Below are positions 7,990-16,178 of a stretch of 29,565 nucleotides of DNA, piece after piece (position 1 is the stretch's first letter; each line of letters begins with the position of its first letter). Source of the stretch: a virus; the UHGV virus genome UHGV-0175179; one strand, given 5' to 3'. The position numbers and the translations under genes were made by a program. Below the pieces are notes generated by a model that searched no databases, was not told the DNA's origin, and saw nothing but the letters and a program-made list of their open reading frames with translations.

Positions 7990-8205
7990 ATGAAAGCGAG
8001 TTATATCAGTTACTTTGAAGGTTACGATGCAATTGGCCGAATGATTTTTAATGGCAATGGTTCATGTTCGGTTGAATACGACGAGACTGAGGGAATCGAT
8101 CCTGAAGGGTTGCAGGTCGCGCATTGTGAGCATCTTTTAAAGGTGGCCCAGGCCAAAAATACCAGTGTCGTGAGAGTCACGATTAATAACATGATGAAAC
8201 TGTAA
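7990..8205 (+). CDS. Hypothetical small protein (71 aa) in an AT-rich islet
   Basis: ORF with ATG at 7990 and a weak RBS. Low G+C. Convergent with the ogr-like gene and separated from it by a hairpin terminator. Confidence 0.3.
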   Translation: MKASYISYFEGYDAIGRMIFNGNGSCSVEYDETEGIDPEGLQVAHCEHLLKVAQAKNTSVVRVTINNMMKL

Positions 8206-8221
8206 TTGTTATCAATTCCAA

Positions 8222-8253
8222 TAGTTAAAAAGCCCGCTTTATGCGGGCTTCGT
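8222..8253 (-). terminator. Rho-independent terminator, mainly for the leftward P-Q-ogr transcript (bidirectional hairpin)
   Basis: AGCCCGC / GCGGGCT stem with a 5-nt loop (8231-8249). On the minus strand it is followed by TTTTT; on the plus strand by a weaker T-rich tail. Confidence 0.5.
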
Positions 8254-8580
8254 TTATGCTGTCTGGCCGTTGAGCAGGTCCAGCGCGAATTGACGTTCTT
8301 CCGGCTTGAGCCGGTCAATCAGGAATTTAACCAGCTTGTTACCGGTCAGCCCGCTGGGGCTGAGAGTATGTGAAAACTGGGCGTTAAAAACAAAGGTATG
8401 GCCGCATTCAACTTCCGTGCAGGCGCAGTACAAATCAGCCAGTTTTTTGTCTTTCCAGTCAGATTTACGAATGATGGCCGGTGAGCCGCATTCAGGACAT
8501 TTAATTTTAAAAACTCGCATGTTCACCATCCCGCACGCCATTGCTAACAATGGGGATGATTTTAACTTAATTGCGCTCAT
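8254..8580 (-). CDS. ogr: Ogr/Delta-family zinc-finger late transcription activator (possible shorter form starting at 8520)
   Basis: CPECG...LYCACTEVECGHTFVF matches the Ogr/Delta C4 zinc-finger pattern (P2 Ogr CPLC...YHQCQNVNCSATFIT). The ATG at 8580 overlaps the portal stop (ATGA); an internal ATG at 8520 would give an Ogr-sized 89-aa product. Confidence 0.75.
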   Translation of the reverse strand: MSAIKLKSSPLLAMACGMVNMRVFKIKCPECGSPAIIRKSDWKDKKLADLYCACTEVECGHTFVFNAQFSHTLSPSGLTGNKLVKFLIDRLKPEERQFALDLLNGQTA

Positions 8581-9638
8581 TTTTCGCCCTTTTCGGCGGT
8601 GATTGCCGGGATATCCACGTCAAAAACCAGGTGCAAGTGTGCGGGGATCTCCGGGTCATTGTTGACGCCGTTCATTAGCTTGCGCTGCAACGGGATAACT
8701 TCATCCTTGCGATAGGTTGTGCGGGCGGTTTCAGGGTTGCCCATTACCGCGCCGTTGGTCGGGATGATACCCGCCAGGCCAGCGGGAAAACGGTGGGCGG
8801 TAAAGATATCCTGTGCGGTGATCCCTTTGATGTTGGCGAATTCATCCTTTGCGCTGACTTCGCCCACTGGCATGATTTTAACCCCTTCCGGGTCGCCCTT
8901 CGGGATGTTGATAAACATATTGCGGAAGTTACCCAGCCCTTTGGACTGGGCGATCTTCTCTTTGATTTCGTTTTCCATTTCCAGCGTGAGATTGGGATCG
9001 CTGGTATAGAGAATAAAGCCCATGTGCGCCCCGTTATTGTAGTAACGGCGGCGGAAAATGGTTGCCTCACTGTTGAGTAACACCGAATGGATGCCGCCGA
9101 TATAGTCAGGCAGGCCATATACCTGCTGGCGCGGGTCGTACATTTTAAAGAAAACGATGTCTTCCGGGTCATAGATAAGCGCTGGCCCTTCCTGCAGAAC
9201 AGCAAACGAGCCGTCTTTCCGGCAGCGCAGATACAGCGACGGCAGCGGCAGCAGGTCGATCACTTCCCCGAATACGTTACGAATTTTCAGGATAGCGACG
9301 TCACCAAACAGCAGGTAATCAAAGACAGCCTGTTCGACCTGGTCAGGCGTCAGGCCGCCGCCAATATAGCCACCGGCCACCATATTGCGCCGCGCATACA
9401 GCACCCCACCATGCTGGCCGTTAAGGTTCGGCAACTGGGCCAGCGCCAGGCGATCAATCGGGAGTCGCCAGTGGTCATATTCATTGTCATACCAGATATT
9501 GTGATAATCCGTGCCGGTCGTCAGGATGGGTTCGGGTTCGCCAAATGTGATCACGCTTCCGCGCCCTGGCGTGAAGGTTTCAACCTTGCTGCCGGTCATG
9601 GACCTGAATTTTTTATTATTACGCTGTTTCTTTGTCAT
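8577..9638 (-). CDS. Q: Portal protein, P2 gpQ-like
   Basis: 353 aa. Lies immediately downstream of the large terminase gene on the same strand with an ATGA overlap, as in P2 (P then Q). Size and sequence character match gpQ. Confidence 0.8.
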   Translation of the reverse strand: MTKKQRNNKKFRSMTGSKVETFTPGRGSVITFGEPEPILTTGTDYHNIWYDNEYDHWRLPIDRLALAQLPNLNGQHGGVLYARRNMVAGGYIGGGLTPDQVEQAVFDYLLFGDVAILKIRNVFGEVIDLLPLPSLYLRCRKDGSFAVLQEGPALIYDPEDIVFFKMYDPRQQVYGLPDYIGGIHSVLLNSEATIFRRRYYNNGAHMGFILYTSDPNLTLEMENEIKEKIAQSKGLGNFRNMFINIPKGDPEGVKIMPVGEVSAKDEFANIKGITAQDIFTAHRFPAGLAGIIPTNGAVMGNPETARTTYRKDEVIPLQRKLMNGVNNDPEIPAHLHLVFDVDIPAITAEKGEK

Positions 9639-11446
9639 GCTGCTTTCCCAAAGTACCAGCCCGATGGGCGGTCATATTCGTGATCGATAGGTTCGTTAAT
9701 TACGGCGTGCGAAATGGCGAAGAAAACATCTGCATGGCCGGTCGCATCAGAGCGTTCGGCAACAAACGTCAGCGCGTTGCCGCTGTTGGTTGTCGTGCGC
9801 CGGATAGCCATAAAGCTGGCCGGAATTTCGACACGCTCCTTGTTCGTTTCGTCTACGGCGTCTTTTGCCCATTCGATGCGCTTACGCTCGACAACGTCGA
9901 TCATCTTCATTACCAGACGGTTTTTGCTTTCGACGCTGTAAAGAATCGGTGTGGCTTCGCGTGGAGCAAACTTGCTGACCAGGTCATAAACGCCTTTACC
10001 AATGCCGGTTGTATCGATCCCGATGTAAGTGATGTTAAAGCGGCGCATAAGCTGCTTTATCTGGTCAGCCTGCCAGCTAAAGTTAAAGCCCTGCCATTGC
10101 CAGACGGCCAGCACGCGGAAGCGCTCGCCGTCCTCTATGGGGGGCGCGATTAACACAAAGGTGGAGTTGTCGCCGGATCGCGATGGGTCAAAGCCTGCCC
10201 ATACTTCGCGATTGCCGAAGGGTCGTGCAGCGGTTAGATCAAAGTCGCCCCATGTGGCTCGGTCCACTTCGCAGCCGACAAGCGCGGAGAACTTGAAAAC
10301 CGCGTCCTTACTGTCAACAAACTGGCACATGTAGAGCATGGCAAACGCGGTCGGGCTGTATTTGTTGCGCAGCCGTTCAATATCGACAAGCGCCCCGAGG
10401 CCGCCTTCGATAGCGTCTTCCATCGTGATGATGTAGCGCCAGATCTGGTCCGGGCAAAGAATGCCATGGCGCATTTCGCTTTCTTTCGGAAACGCCACAC
10501 CTTTGCGTTTCGGGTCGTCCCCGCGCCAGGCTTCGCCAGTCCAGACCGGGTAAGCCTGGTGCGTTTTCGCGCTGGGCGTCGAAAAGTAGGTCGTGCGGTA
10601 TTTGTTATGCGTTGCCATTGCGCTGGCAACTTCATGCAGGCGCGTGAATTTCGGGATCCAGAAAACCTCATCACCATACAGGTGGCCGTTAAAGCCCTGC
10701 GCGGTGCTGGCGTTCGTGGACAAAAAGCGCAGTATTGCGCCGTTGCTGAGGCGGATATTTTTACCCGTCAGCGTCACGCCGAAATGGTTCTGAGCGATCT
10801 GGACGATGTATTCACGGAAGATTTCAGACTGGGAGCGGCTTGCAGAGAAAAAGACCTGGTTATCACCGGTAATGACAGCATCTTCGAATGCCTCCCAGGC
10901 GAAATAATAGGTCATGCCTACCTGTCGGCTTTTCAGAATGAAACGCCAGTCTTCGCCTTTATGTTCGCGGCAGTGCAGCTGGTACTCGAAGAGATGTTCC
11001 CGCGCCCAGGTGTCGAGCATTTCCGCTGTAATACCGGAAACGTCGTTTTTCTTATACCGGCGCTTTCTTTCCCCAGGTTCCCCGCCTGCGCTGCTGAGGC
11101 AGTACCCTTCATCATCATAAGCCGCTTTCTGGGCCTGAATTTCTGCCAGCTTTTCGGCGTGCTTGTTGCGCTGCGCCATGAGTTTTACATGGTGAGCAAT
11201 CAGATCGCGCAGTTCTTCCAGTTCCAGCGCTGTTTTTTTCTCGCGGCGGGAGAGCTGGTCGATACGGCGGGCGATGACATTTTCCACCGATTCAACAGGC
11301 AGCAGTGATGCCCACTTCCCGACGTCAGCCCAGTGGTAAATTGTACGCGGTGGAATATTCAGTTCCTGCGCAATATCTTTCGGCGTCCAGCTTTTTATAT
11401 AAAGCGTGCGGGCCGCTTCTTTTAATTCATCGGAATATTTAGCCAT
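9635..11446 (-). CDS. P: Terminase large (ATPase) subunit, P2 gpP-like
   Basis: 603 aa. Walker A-like segment (LKSRQVGMTYYFAWEA region) and nuclease-domain character. Divergently arranged against the scaffold gene, as P2 P/O. Confidence 0.85.
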   Translation of the reverse strand: MAKYSDELKEAARTLYIKSWTPKDIAQELNIPPRTIYHWADVGKWASLLPVESVENVIARRIDQLSRREKKTALELEELRDLIAHHVKLMAQRNKHAEKLAEIQAQKAAYDDEGYCLSSAGGEPGERKRRYKKNDVSGITAEMLDTWAREHLFEYQLHCREHKGEDWRFILKSRQVGMTYYFAWEAFEDAVITGDNQVFFSASRSQSEIFREYIVQIAQNHFGVTLTGKNIRLSNGAILRFLSTNASTAQGFNGHLYGDEVFWIPKFTRLHEVASAMATHNKYRTTYFSTPSAKTHQAYPVWTGEAWRGDDPKRKGVAFPKESEMRHGILCPDQIWRYIITMEDAIEGGLGALVDIERLRNKYSPTAFAMLYMCQFVDSKDAVFKFSALVGCEVDRATWGDFDLTAARPFGNREVWAGFDPSRSGDNSTFVLIAPPIEDGERFRVLAVWQWQGFNFSWQADQIKQLMRRFNITYIGIDTTGIGKGVYDLVSKFAPREATPILYSVESKNRLVMKMIDVVERKRIEWAKDAVDETNKERVEIPASFMAIRRTTTNSGNALTFVAERSDATGHADVFFAISHAVINEPIDHEYDRPSGWYFGKAA

Positions 11447-11623
11447 GCGGCTATTATGGCGGGATTATTTTGCATAATTGATAATTAAATATCGGTAAAA
11501 AGTGGCTATGTATTTATAACCGAATGCATAAGAAATAAAGCGGTCGCGCTGTTTTAACCAATTCGCAATACTGACCACCACGAACGAATCATTGTTATTT
11601 AATTTCATTATTAAAGGTCAGTT
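11447..11623. promoter_or_regulatory. Divergent late promoter region between terminase (P) and scaffold (O) genes
   Basis: 177-bp AT-rich intergenic region between divergent late operons, as PP/PO in P2. Contains repeated TGCATAA motifs and a TTATG-N14-CATAA dyad. Confidence 0.4.
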
Positions 11624-12673
11624 ATGCCGCAACCTAATTTACGAACGGACTGGATTTGTATTGCCACGTCCGGTAAGGCAGTGGACGGTCGCACTATTGA
11701 GCCGCAATGGTTGATCGATGCGGCAGAAACATACACCCGCAAAACCTACACCGCCATGATTTGGCCGCATCACCCACAATACGACATTGGAGAACGTGCC
11801 TTTACTTACAATCTGGGGGAAGTGGACGCGCTCAAAGTAGAGACTGAAGGTGATGTCACTAAACTTTATGCCCAGCTTATTCCGAATGAATTTTTATTAG
11901 ATGCCAATCGTATGGGGCAAAAGCTTTTCACATCTGCGGAATTTGTTTCTGATTTTGGGGGGAGTGGTCGTGAATATCTTTTCGGGCTGGCTGTGACAGA
12001 TATTCCCGCGAGTCTTGGAACAGAAAAAATTAAATTCGTATTGGCTGGAGAAGAAAAGGACGCCGAACGCGGAAACCTTGAAACATTCAGCCTGGGTGAT
12101 TTGCATAAAGATAAGCCGGGGTTTTGGACGCGCTTATTTACTGCCGGTAAAAATTTTACACCAACACCAGAGCCAAACACTGATAAGCCCTCTGAGGGCG
12201 ACGGAGAAAAAATGGAAGAGTTAAAAGCCCTCATCCAGCAATTACTGGATTTAGTAAAAAGCGGTAAAGACGCTGCAACGGGTGACGCTGACACGGTCGA
12301 TACACCGGAACAGGCCGCCGACGAAGTGGCCGTCATTGCTGACGAAATCGCAGACGCTGCCGCCGAAGTGGCAGATCTGGCGGAGGAAGTTGCAGAGAAC
12401 CCGGAAGACGAAGTCAAAGCGGAAGAATTCAGCGTCGCCAAAGCCAACCTGGCAAAAGCGATGAAAAAATTCAGCGCAGCCCCGGCACGTCGTCAGCGTA
12501 CCCGCAGCCGCCGCCGTGAGCTTTCCGCAGGGCGTCAGGCCGGTAACCCGCTGAACGGCCTGTCCGAACAACTGACCACCGTCATGACCAAGTTGTCAGC
12601 GATGGAAAGTAACGGAACGCGTCGTCCTGGTAATGCGCCAGCGGGCGACAAAAAACCGCGTGAATTAGTTTAA
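11624..12673 (+). CDS. O: Capsid scaffolding protein, P2 gpO-like
   Basis: First gene of the rightward head operon, directly before the major capsid gene. Acidic Ala/Glu-rich helical C-terminal half typical of scaffolds. Confidence 0.7.
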   Translation: MPQPNLRTDWICIATSGKAVDGRTIEPQWLIDAAETYTRKTYTAMIWPHHPQYDIGERAFTYNLGEVDALKVETEGDVTKLYAQLIPNEFLLDANRMGQKLFTSAEFVSDFGGSGREYLFGLAVTDIPASLGTEKIKFVLAGEEKDAERGNLETFSLGDLHKDKPGFWTRLFTAGKNFTPTPEPNTDKPSEGDGEKMEELKALIQQLLDLVKSGKDAATGDADTVDTPEQAADEVAVIADEIADAAAEVADLAEEVAENPEDEVKAEEFSVAKANLAKAMKKFSAAPARRQRTRSRRRELSAGRQAGNPLNGLSEQLTTVMTKLSAMESNGTRRPGNAPAGDKKPRELV

Positions 12674-12696
12674 GCGCCTGTTTTAAGGAAAATAAA

Positions 12697-13728
12697 ATGC
12701 ATCATACGCAACAACTATCAGCCCGCGCCGAGGGAATGCTGCAAAGTTTTACCGCAGCCCTGGCTAAATCTTATGGCGTGCGCGACACCTCAAAGATGTT
12801 TGCTATCACGCCACCGAAAGAAACCTTGCTGCGTCAGGCGCTGCTGGAGTCTTCCGAATTCCTGCGCCTGGTGAATGTGAAAGATGTCCAGCAGACCACC
12901 GGCCAGGTTATCAGTACCGGCAAGCCGGGTATTTATACCGGGCGTAAGAAAGGCGGCCGTTTTTCCCGTTCCCTGGGCGTCAGCGGTAATGCTTACGCTC
13001 TCGCGGAAACGGATTCCGGTTCCTTCCTGGACTATGACACGCTGACCAACTGGGCAAACTCCGGCAGTGAAGATGAATTCTTCCAGCTGATTCAGGCATT
13101 CAGCAATGAGCAATTTGCGCTGGATATGCTGCGCGTGGCGTTTAACGGCGTGAGTGTTGCCGAGACTACCGACCCGGAAAACAACCCAAATGGCGAAGAC
13201 GTTAACATCGGCTGGCACCAGATCGTCAAAACGCGTACGCCAGGCCAAATCATCACCGATAAGGTCACGCTGGGCGGTGCAGGCGCAGATTATGTGTCGC
13301 TGGATGCGGCAGTCACTGACCTGCTGCATACCTGCATTCTGGAGCATTACCGCAATGACCCGAACCTCTGCGTTCTGATTTCCGGTGACCTGATTGGGAT
13401 GGACGCCACAACCATGATGAATATGGTTGACCGTCCAACTGAAAAAGTCGCGGCGCAGCTGATGAACCGTCAGATTGCTGGCAAGCAGGTGTACACCCCG
13501 CCATTTATGCCGGAAGGTCGCCTCATCATTACCACCCTGAGCAACCTGCATATTTATACGCAGTCGGGAACCCGTAAGCGTAAAGCCGACTGGAGCGACG
13601 ACCGCAAGCAGTTTGAAAACAACTATCTGCGCATGGAAGGTTACGCCGTCGAGCATGACGAGCTGTATGCAGCGTTCGACAAGATCACCCTTGCAGCCGA
13701 TCCGGTAGCACCGGAGGGAGGCGCGTAA
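12697..13728 (+). CDS. N: Major capsid protein, P2 gpN-like
   Basis: 343 aa. Segments AFNGVSVAETTDPENNP and GADYVSLDAAVTDL resemble P2 gpN (AGFNGVKRAETSDRSSNP, GGDYASLDALVMDA) from memory. Position between scaffold and small terminase. Confidence 0.85.
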   Translation: MHHTQQLSARAEGMLQSFTAALAKSYGVRDTSKMFAITPPKETLLRQALLESSEFLRLVNVKDVQQTTGQVISTGKPGIYTGRKKGGRFSRSLGVSGNAYALAETDSGSFLDYDTLTNWANSGSEDEFFQLIQAFSNEQFALDMLRVAFNGVSVAETTDPENNPNGEDVNIGWHQIVKTRTPGQIITDKVTLGGAGADYVSLDAAVTDLLHTCILEHYRNDPNLCVLISGDLIGMDATTMMNMVDRPTEKVAAQLMNRQIAGKQVYTPPFMPEGRLIITTLSNLHIYTQSGTRKRKADWSDDRKQFENNYLRMEGYAVEHDELYAAFDKITLAADPVAPEGGA

Positions 13729-13730
13729 AA

Positions 13731-14435
13731 ATGGCTATGACCCTGTGTCAACGACACCGAGCACGCGTGAAAGCCGCAAAGGCGCTGGATAACCGCGAAG
13801 CCCTGACCGCGTCGCCGGTCAGCTTCCACCTGCAAAAGCTGGAGCTGGAAAAAGATGTCGCAATGCTTCGCAGCGTACAGCGCACGGAAGACCGCATCGA
13901 ACTGAAGCGCGATGTTCTTCTGCCGCGCTGGATGCCGACCGTTGAAGCATACCTCGCCGGTGATGCCCGCTTTGCCAATCCGGCCCTGGTTTACTGCGTG
14001 ATCTGGTTGTTCGATACGGGGGAAATGGGCAAGGCGCTGGACTGGGCTGACGTGGCTATCAGTGAGAGCCAGGCCACGCCGGAGAACTTCAAAAGCAACC
14101 TGCCCGCCTTTGTGGCCGATACGGTGCTGGAGTGGGCGATCATGCAGGCGGAAGCCGGTCACAGCATCGAACCCTATTTCAGCCGCACGTTTGAAAACAT
14201 CCGCGAAAAGTGGCGTTTGCACGAAGACATTAACGCGAAGTGGTTCAAGTTCGCCGGTCTTTATCTGCTGCGCGACGAGAAGGGGCAGCCGCGTGCCACT
14301 GCCGTGGATGATGTGAACACGCTGGAGCAGGCCGACGCCCTTTTGGCCCAGGCGGCGGCGTACAACAAAAACGCCGGAGTTAAGACCATGCGCGAAAAAA
14401 TCCGCGCCCGGATTAACGGCCTGACCCAGCTTTAA
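13731..14435 (+). CDS. M: Terminase small (endonuclease) subunit, P2 gpM-like
   Basis: 234 aa, directly after the capsid gene as in P2 (N then M). Confidence 0.7.
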   Translation: MAMTLCQRHRARVKAAKALDNREALTASPVSFHLQKLELEKDVAMLRSVQRTEDRIELKRDVLLPRWMPTVEAYLAGDARFANPALVYCVIWLFDTGEMGKALDWADVAISESQATPENFKSNLPAFVADTVLEWAIMQAEAGHSIEPYFSRTFENIREKWRLHEDINAKWFKFAGLYLLRDEKGQPRATAVDDVNTLEQADALLAQAAAYNKNAGVKTMREKIRARINGLTQL

Positions 14436-14537
14436 CGACTCCCGCAAGCCGGGACGGGCGCGGGGGAGGCATCAACCATGCGGTTGTTGGCCGTGGAACC
14501 CGTTAGCCCGTTTCTATTGCAAAACCGAGGTGTGTCA

Positions 14538-15011
14538 ATGAGTGGCCCAAGTTTCAGTATCAGCGGTAAGCCAGTGACGGTGACGCCAACAGCGATCACC
14601 AACGGCGTTGCGTTCTGGCCCGATCTCGATCTGGCCGAGTTTCAGAAGGTGCGCACGTTGCCCGCTGATCTGCCGCCAGAAACCGCTGGCGTGGCCCTGC
14701 TGGCCGCCATTGCGGAGGTAAACGACGCGCTGGCCGACGTGGTGACGTACTGGAACGCGAAAGCCTGCGAGCGGGCCGCAGATGTACCGGGTGCAAAGAT
14801 GGGCGATGAAACCCAGTTAACAGCCCAGTACAAAAAAGCGGTCTACGCCCGCGCAAAGGCCGATTTGCTGGGGGAGTTTGCCACCATCGGGCGACGTGAA
14901 TCGCATCCGGGGCAGGAAAGCCAGGACACCCGCGCCAGCCTGCTGGCCGAGGCGGCCAACGTGATGCGAAACATGCTGCGACAACCACGCGTGGGGGTGC
15001 ATCTGATATGA
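14538..15011 (+). CDS. L: Head completion/stabilisation protein, P2 gpL-like (track ORF starts at 14478; ATG at 14538 with GAGG RBS preferred)
   Basis: ~157 aa following M, as in P2. GAGG 8 nt upstream of the ATG at 14538. Confidence 0.6.
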   Translation: MSGPSFSISGKPVTVTPTAITNGVAFWPDLDLAEFQKVRTLPADLPPETAGVALLAAIAEVNDALADVVTYWNAKACERAADVPGAKMGDETQLTAQYKKAVYARAKADLLGEFATIGRRESHPGQESQDTRASLLAEAANVMRNMLRQPRVGVHLI

Positions 15012-15484
15012 GCCAGCTTGAAAGCCTGACGGCGTTTATTACGGCAAATCTGCCACCTGATGCCATGCAGATGTTTTCCAGTTCAATGGAGGATTGCGAG
15101 CTGGTACGCAACGCCAAAGCGCTGGGGAACAACCAGCGCCGGATCGGGGTGCTGACTTATACCGCCCGTTTGTCGTGGGATGACTTCCCCTACCGCAAAT
15201 ATTCGCCGGGGCTGATTTATGCCCTGGTGCTGGCCTGGGTGGATGAGTTCGCCAACGAGCTGCGCGACGAGCTGAAGTTAGCCGATCCCACCGTGGACCC
15301 GGAGTTCGACGACGAAGGGTCATGCATTCTGGATGTGGTTGTCCCGCTGGTTGATCCGCTGGTCCTGCGTGAAGTGGAAAAAGGGCCGATCCCCTTCAAA
15401 GGTAAGAAATGGGACATCGTAAACCCCGAAATCTGGGAGGCGTCGCAACTGGAATTTATTGTCCAGCGTGGTGACGCGTCGTGA
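15008..15484 (+). CDS. Putative tail completion protein (gpR-like)
   Basis: 158 aa, start overlaps the L stop. Segment ALVLAWVDEFANEL resembles the gpR family from memory. Assignment by synteny and weak similarity only. Confidence 0.4.
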   Translation: MSQLESLTAFITANLPPDAMQMFSSSMEDCELVRNAKALGNNQRRIGVLTYTARLSWDDFPYRKYSPGLIYALVLAWVDEFANELRDELKLADPTVDPEFDDEGSCILDVVVPLVDPLVLREVEKGPIPFKGKKWDIVNPEIWEASQLEFIVQRGDAS

Positions 15485-16176
15485 TCCGTGGGGAGCTGAA
15501 CCAGCAACAGCTAAAGCAGATGCGGGAAACGCTGGCAAAAGCTGACCTTCCCCCGCGTAAGCGCCAGCGCCTTTTATGGCGTATTGCAAAGCTGGGCATT
15601 GTCACAGCGGCAAAACGTCACCAGCGCCAGCAGGCGGCCCCGGACGGTACGCCGTGGGAGCCGCGCAAGCGTGGCAAAGGGAAGATGTTAAAAGGGCTGC
15701 CCAAACTACTGGCCGTGCGTGAAATGCCGGAGATTCAGGGGGTAAGAATTTACCTCAAGGGCGGGAACTACCGGAACGGGACGAAGCCCATTGCGGCGGG
15801 TCTGGTCGGTGCGGTCCAGCAGGATGGCGCACGGATCCAGATGAAAGCCAGTAACGCCCCGCGCAAGCCGCAGGCTGACAAGCCCGCGCTACCGAGACAG
15901 GCCAAGCGCCTGCGGGCGCTGGGCTACAAAACCCGCAAGGGCAAGCGCTGGGTTAAACCGTCCAGCAGGCAAATCATGGAAACCATGAGCATGGCCCAGG
16001 CGGGATTACTGATTCGAAAACTGAAAGGCACACCCTCAAAACGCACATGGACCATTGATATTCCTGGGCGCGTTTTTCTGGGGGTGAGCAACGACGAATT
16101 TAACCAAATTATTGCGCGGCAAATGCAGGCAATCGGCTTCGGCTGGGACGTCAACGCGCAGCAAATCAGGGGGTAA
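15481..16176 (+). CDS. Virion morphogenesis / tail completion protein (P2 gpS / Mu G family) with a Lys/Arg-rich insertion
   Basis: C-terminal IPGRVFLGVSNDEFNQII matches the conserved gpS-family motif. GTG start overlaps the upstream stop. 231 aa, longer than typical members. Confidence 0.55.
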   Translation: MIRGELNQQQLKQMRETLAKADLPPRKRQRLLWRIAKLGIVTAAKRHQRQQAAPDGTPWEPRKRGKGKMLKGLPKLLAVREMPEIQGVRIYLKGGNYRNGTKPIAAGLVGAVQQDGARIQMKASNAPRKPQADKPALPRQAKRLRALGYKTRKGKRWVKPSSRQIMETMSMAQAGLLIRKLKGTPSKRTWTIDIPGRVFLGVSNDEFNQIIARQMQAIGFGWDVNAQQIRG

Positions 16177-16178
16177 AA

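Noticed and set aside
7660-8260. Possible LexA-controlled Tum-type antirepressor as in phage 186 at the A-cos position
   Set aside because: No CTGT-N8-ACAG LexA box was found by eye in the islet and the ORFs do not resemble Tum in size.
8022-8318. 98-aa minus-strand ORF spanning the 7990 ORF and the terminator hairpin
   Set aside because: It runs through a strong terminator hairpin and overlaps the ogr-like gene end. Unlikely to be translated.
10466-11308. 280-aa plus-strand ORF inside the large terminase gene, and similar ORFs at 9087-9683 and 9632-10153
   Set aside because: Antisense to the terminase and portal genes, which carry recognisable motifs. Treated as spurious.
12790-13656. 288-aa ORF on the minus strand inside the major capsid gene
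   Set aside because: Antisense to a gene with clear capsid similarity and synteny. Long open frames on the opposite strand are expected in GC-rich coding DNA. No RBS or context.
13641-14447. 268-aa ORF on the minus strand across the small terminase gene
   Set aside because: Same reasoning: antisense to a syntenic, homology-supported late gene. Its composition looks like out-of-frame GC-rich sequence.
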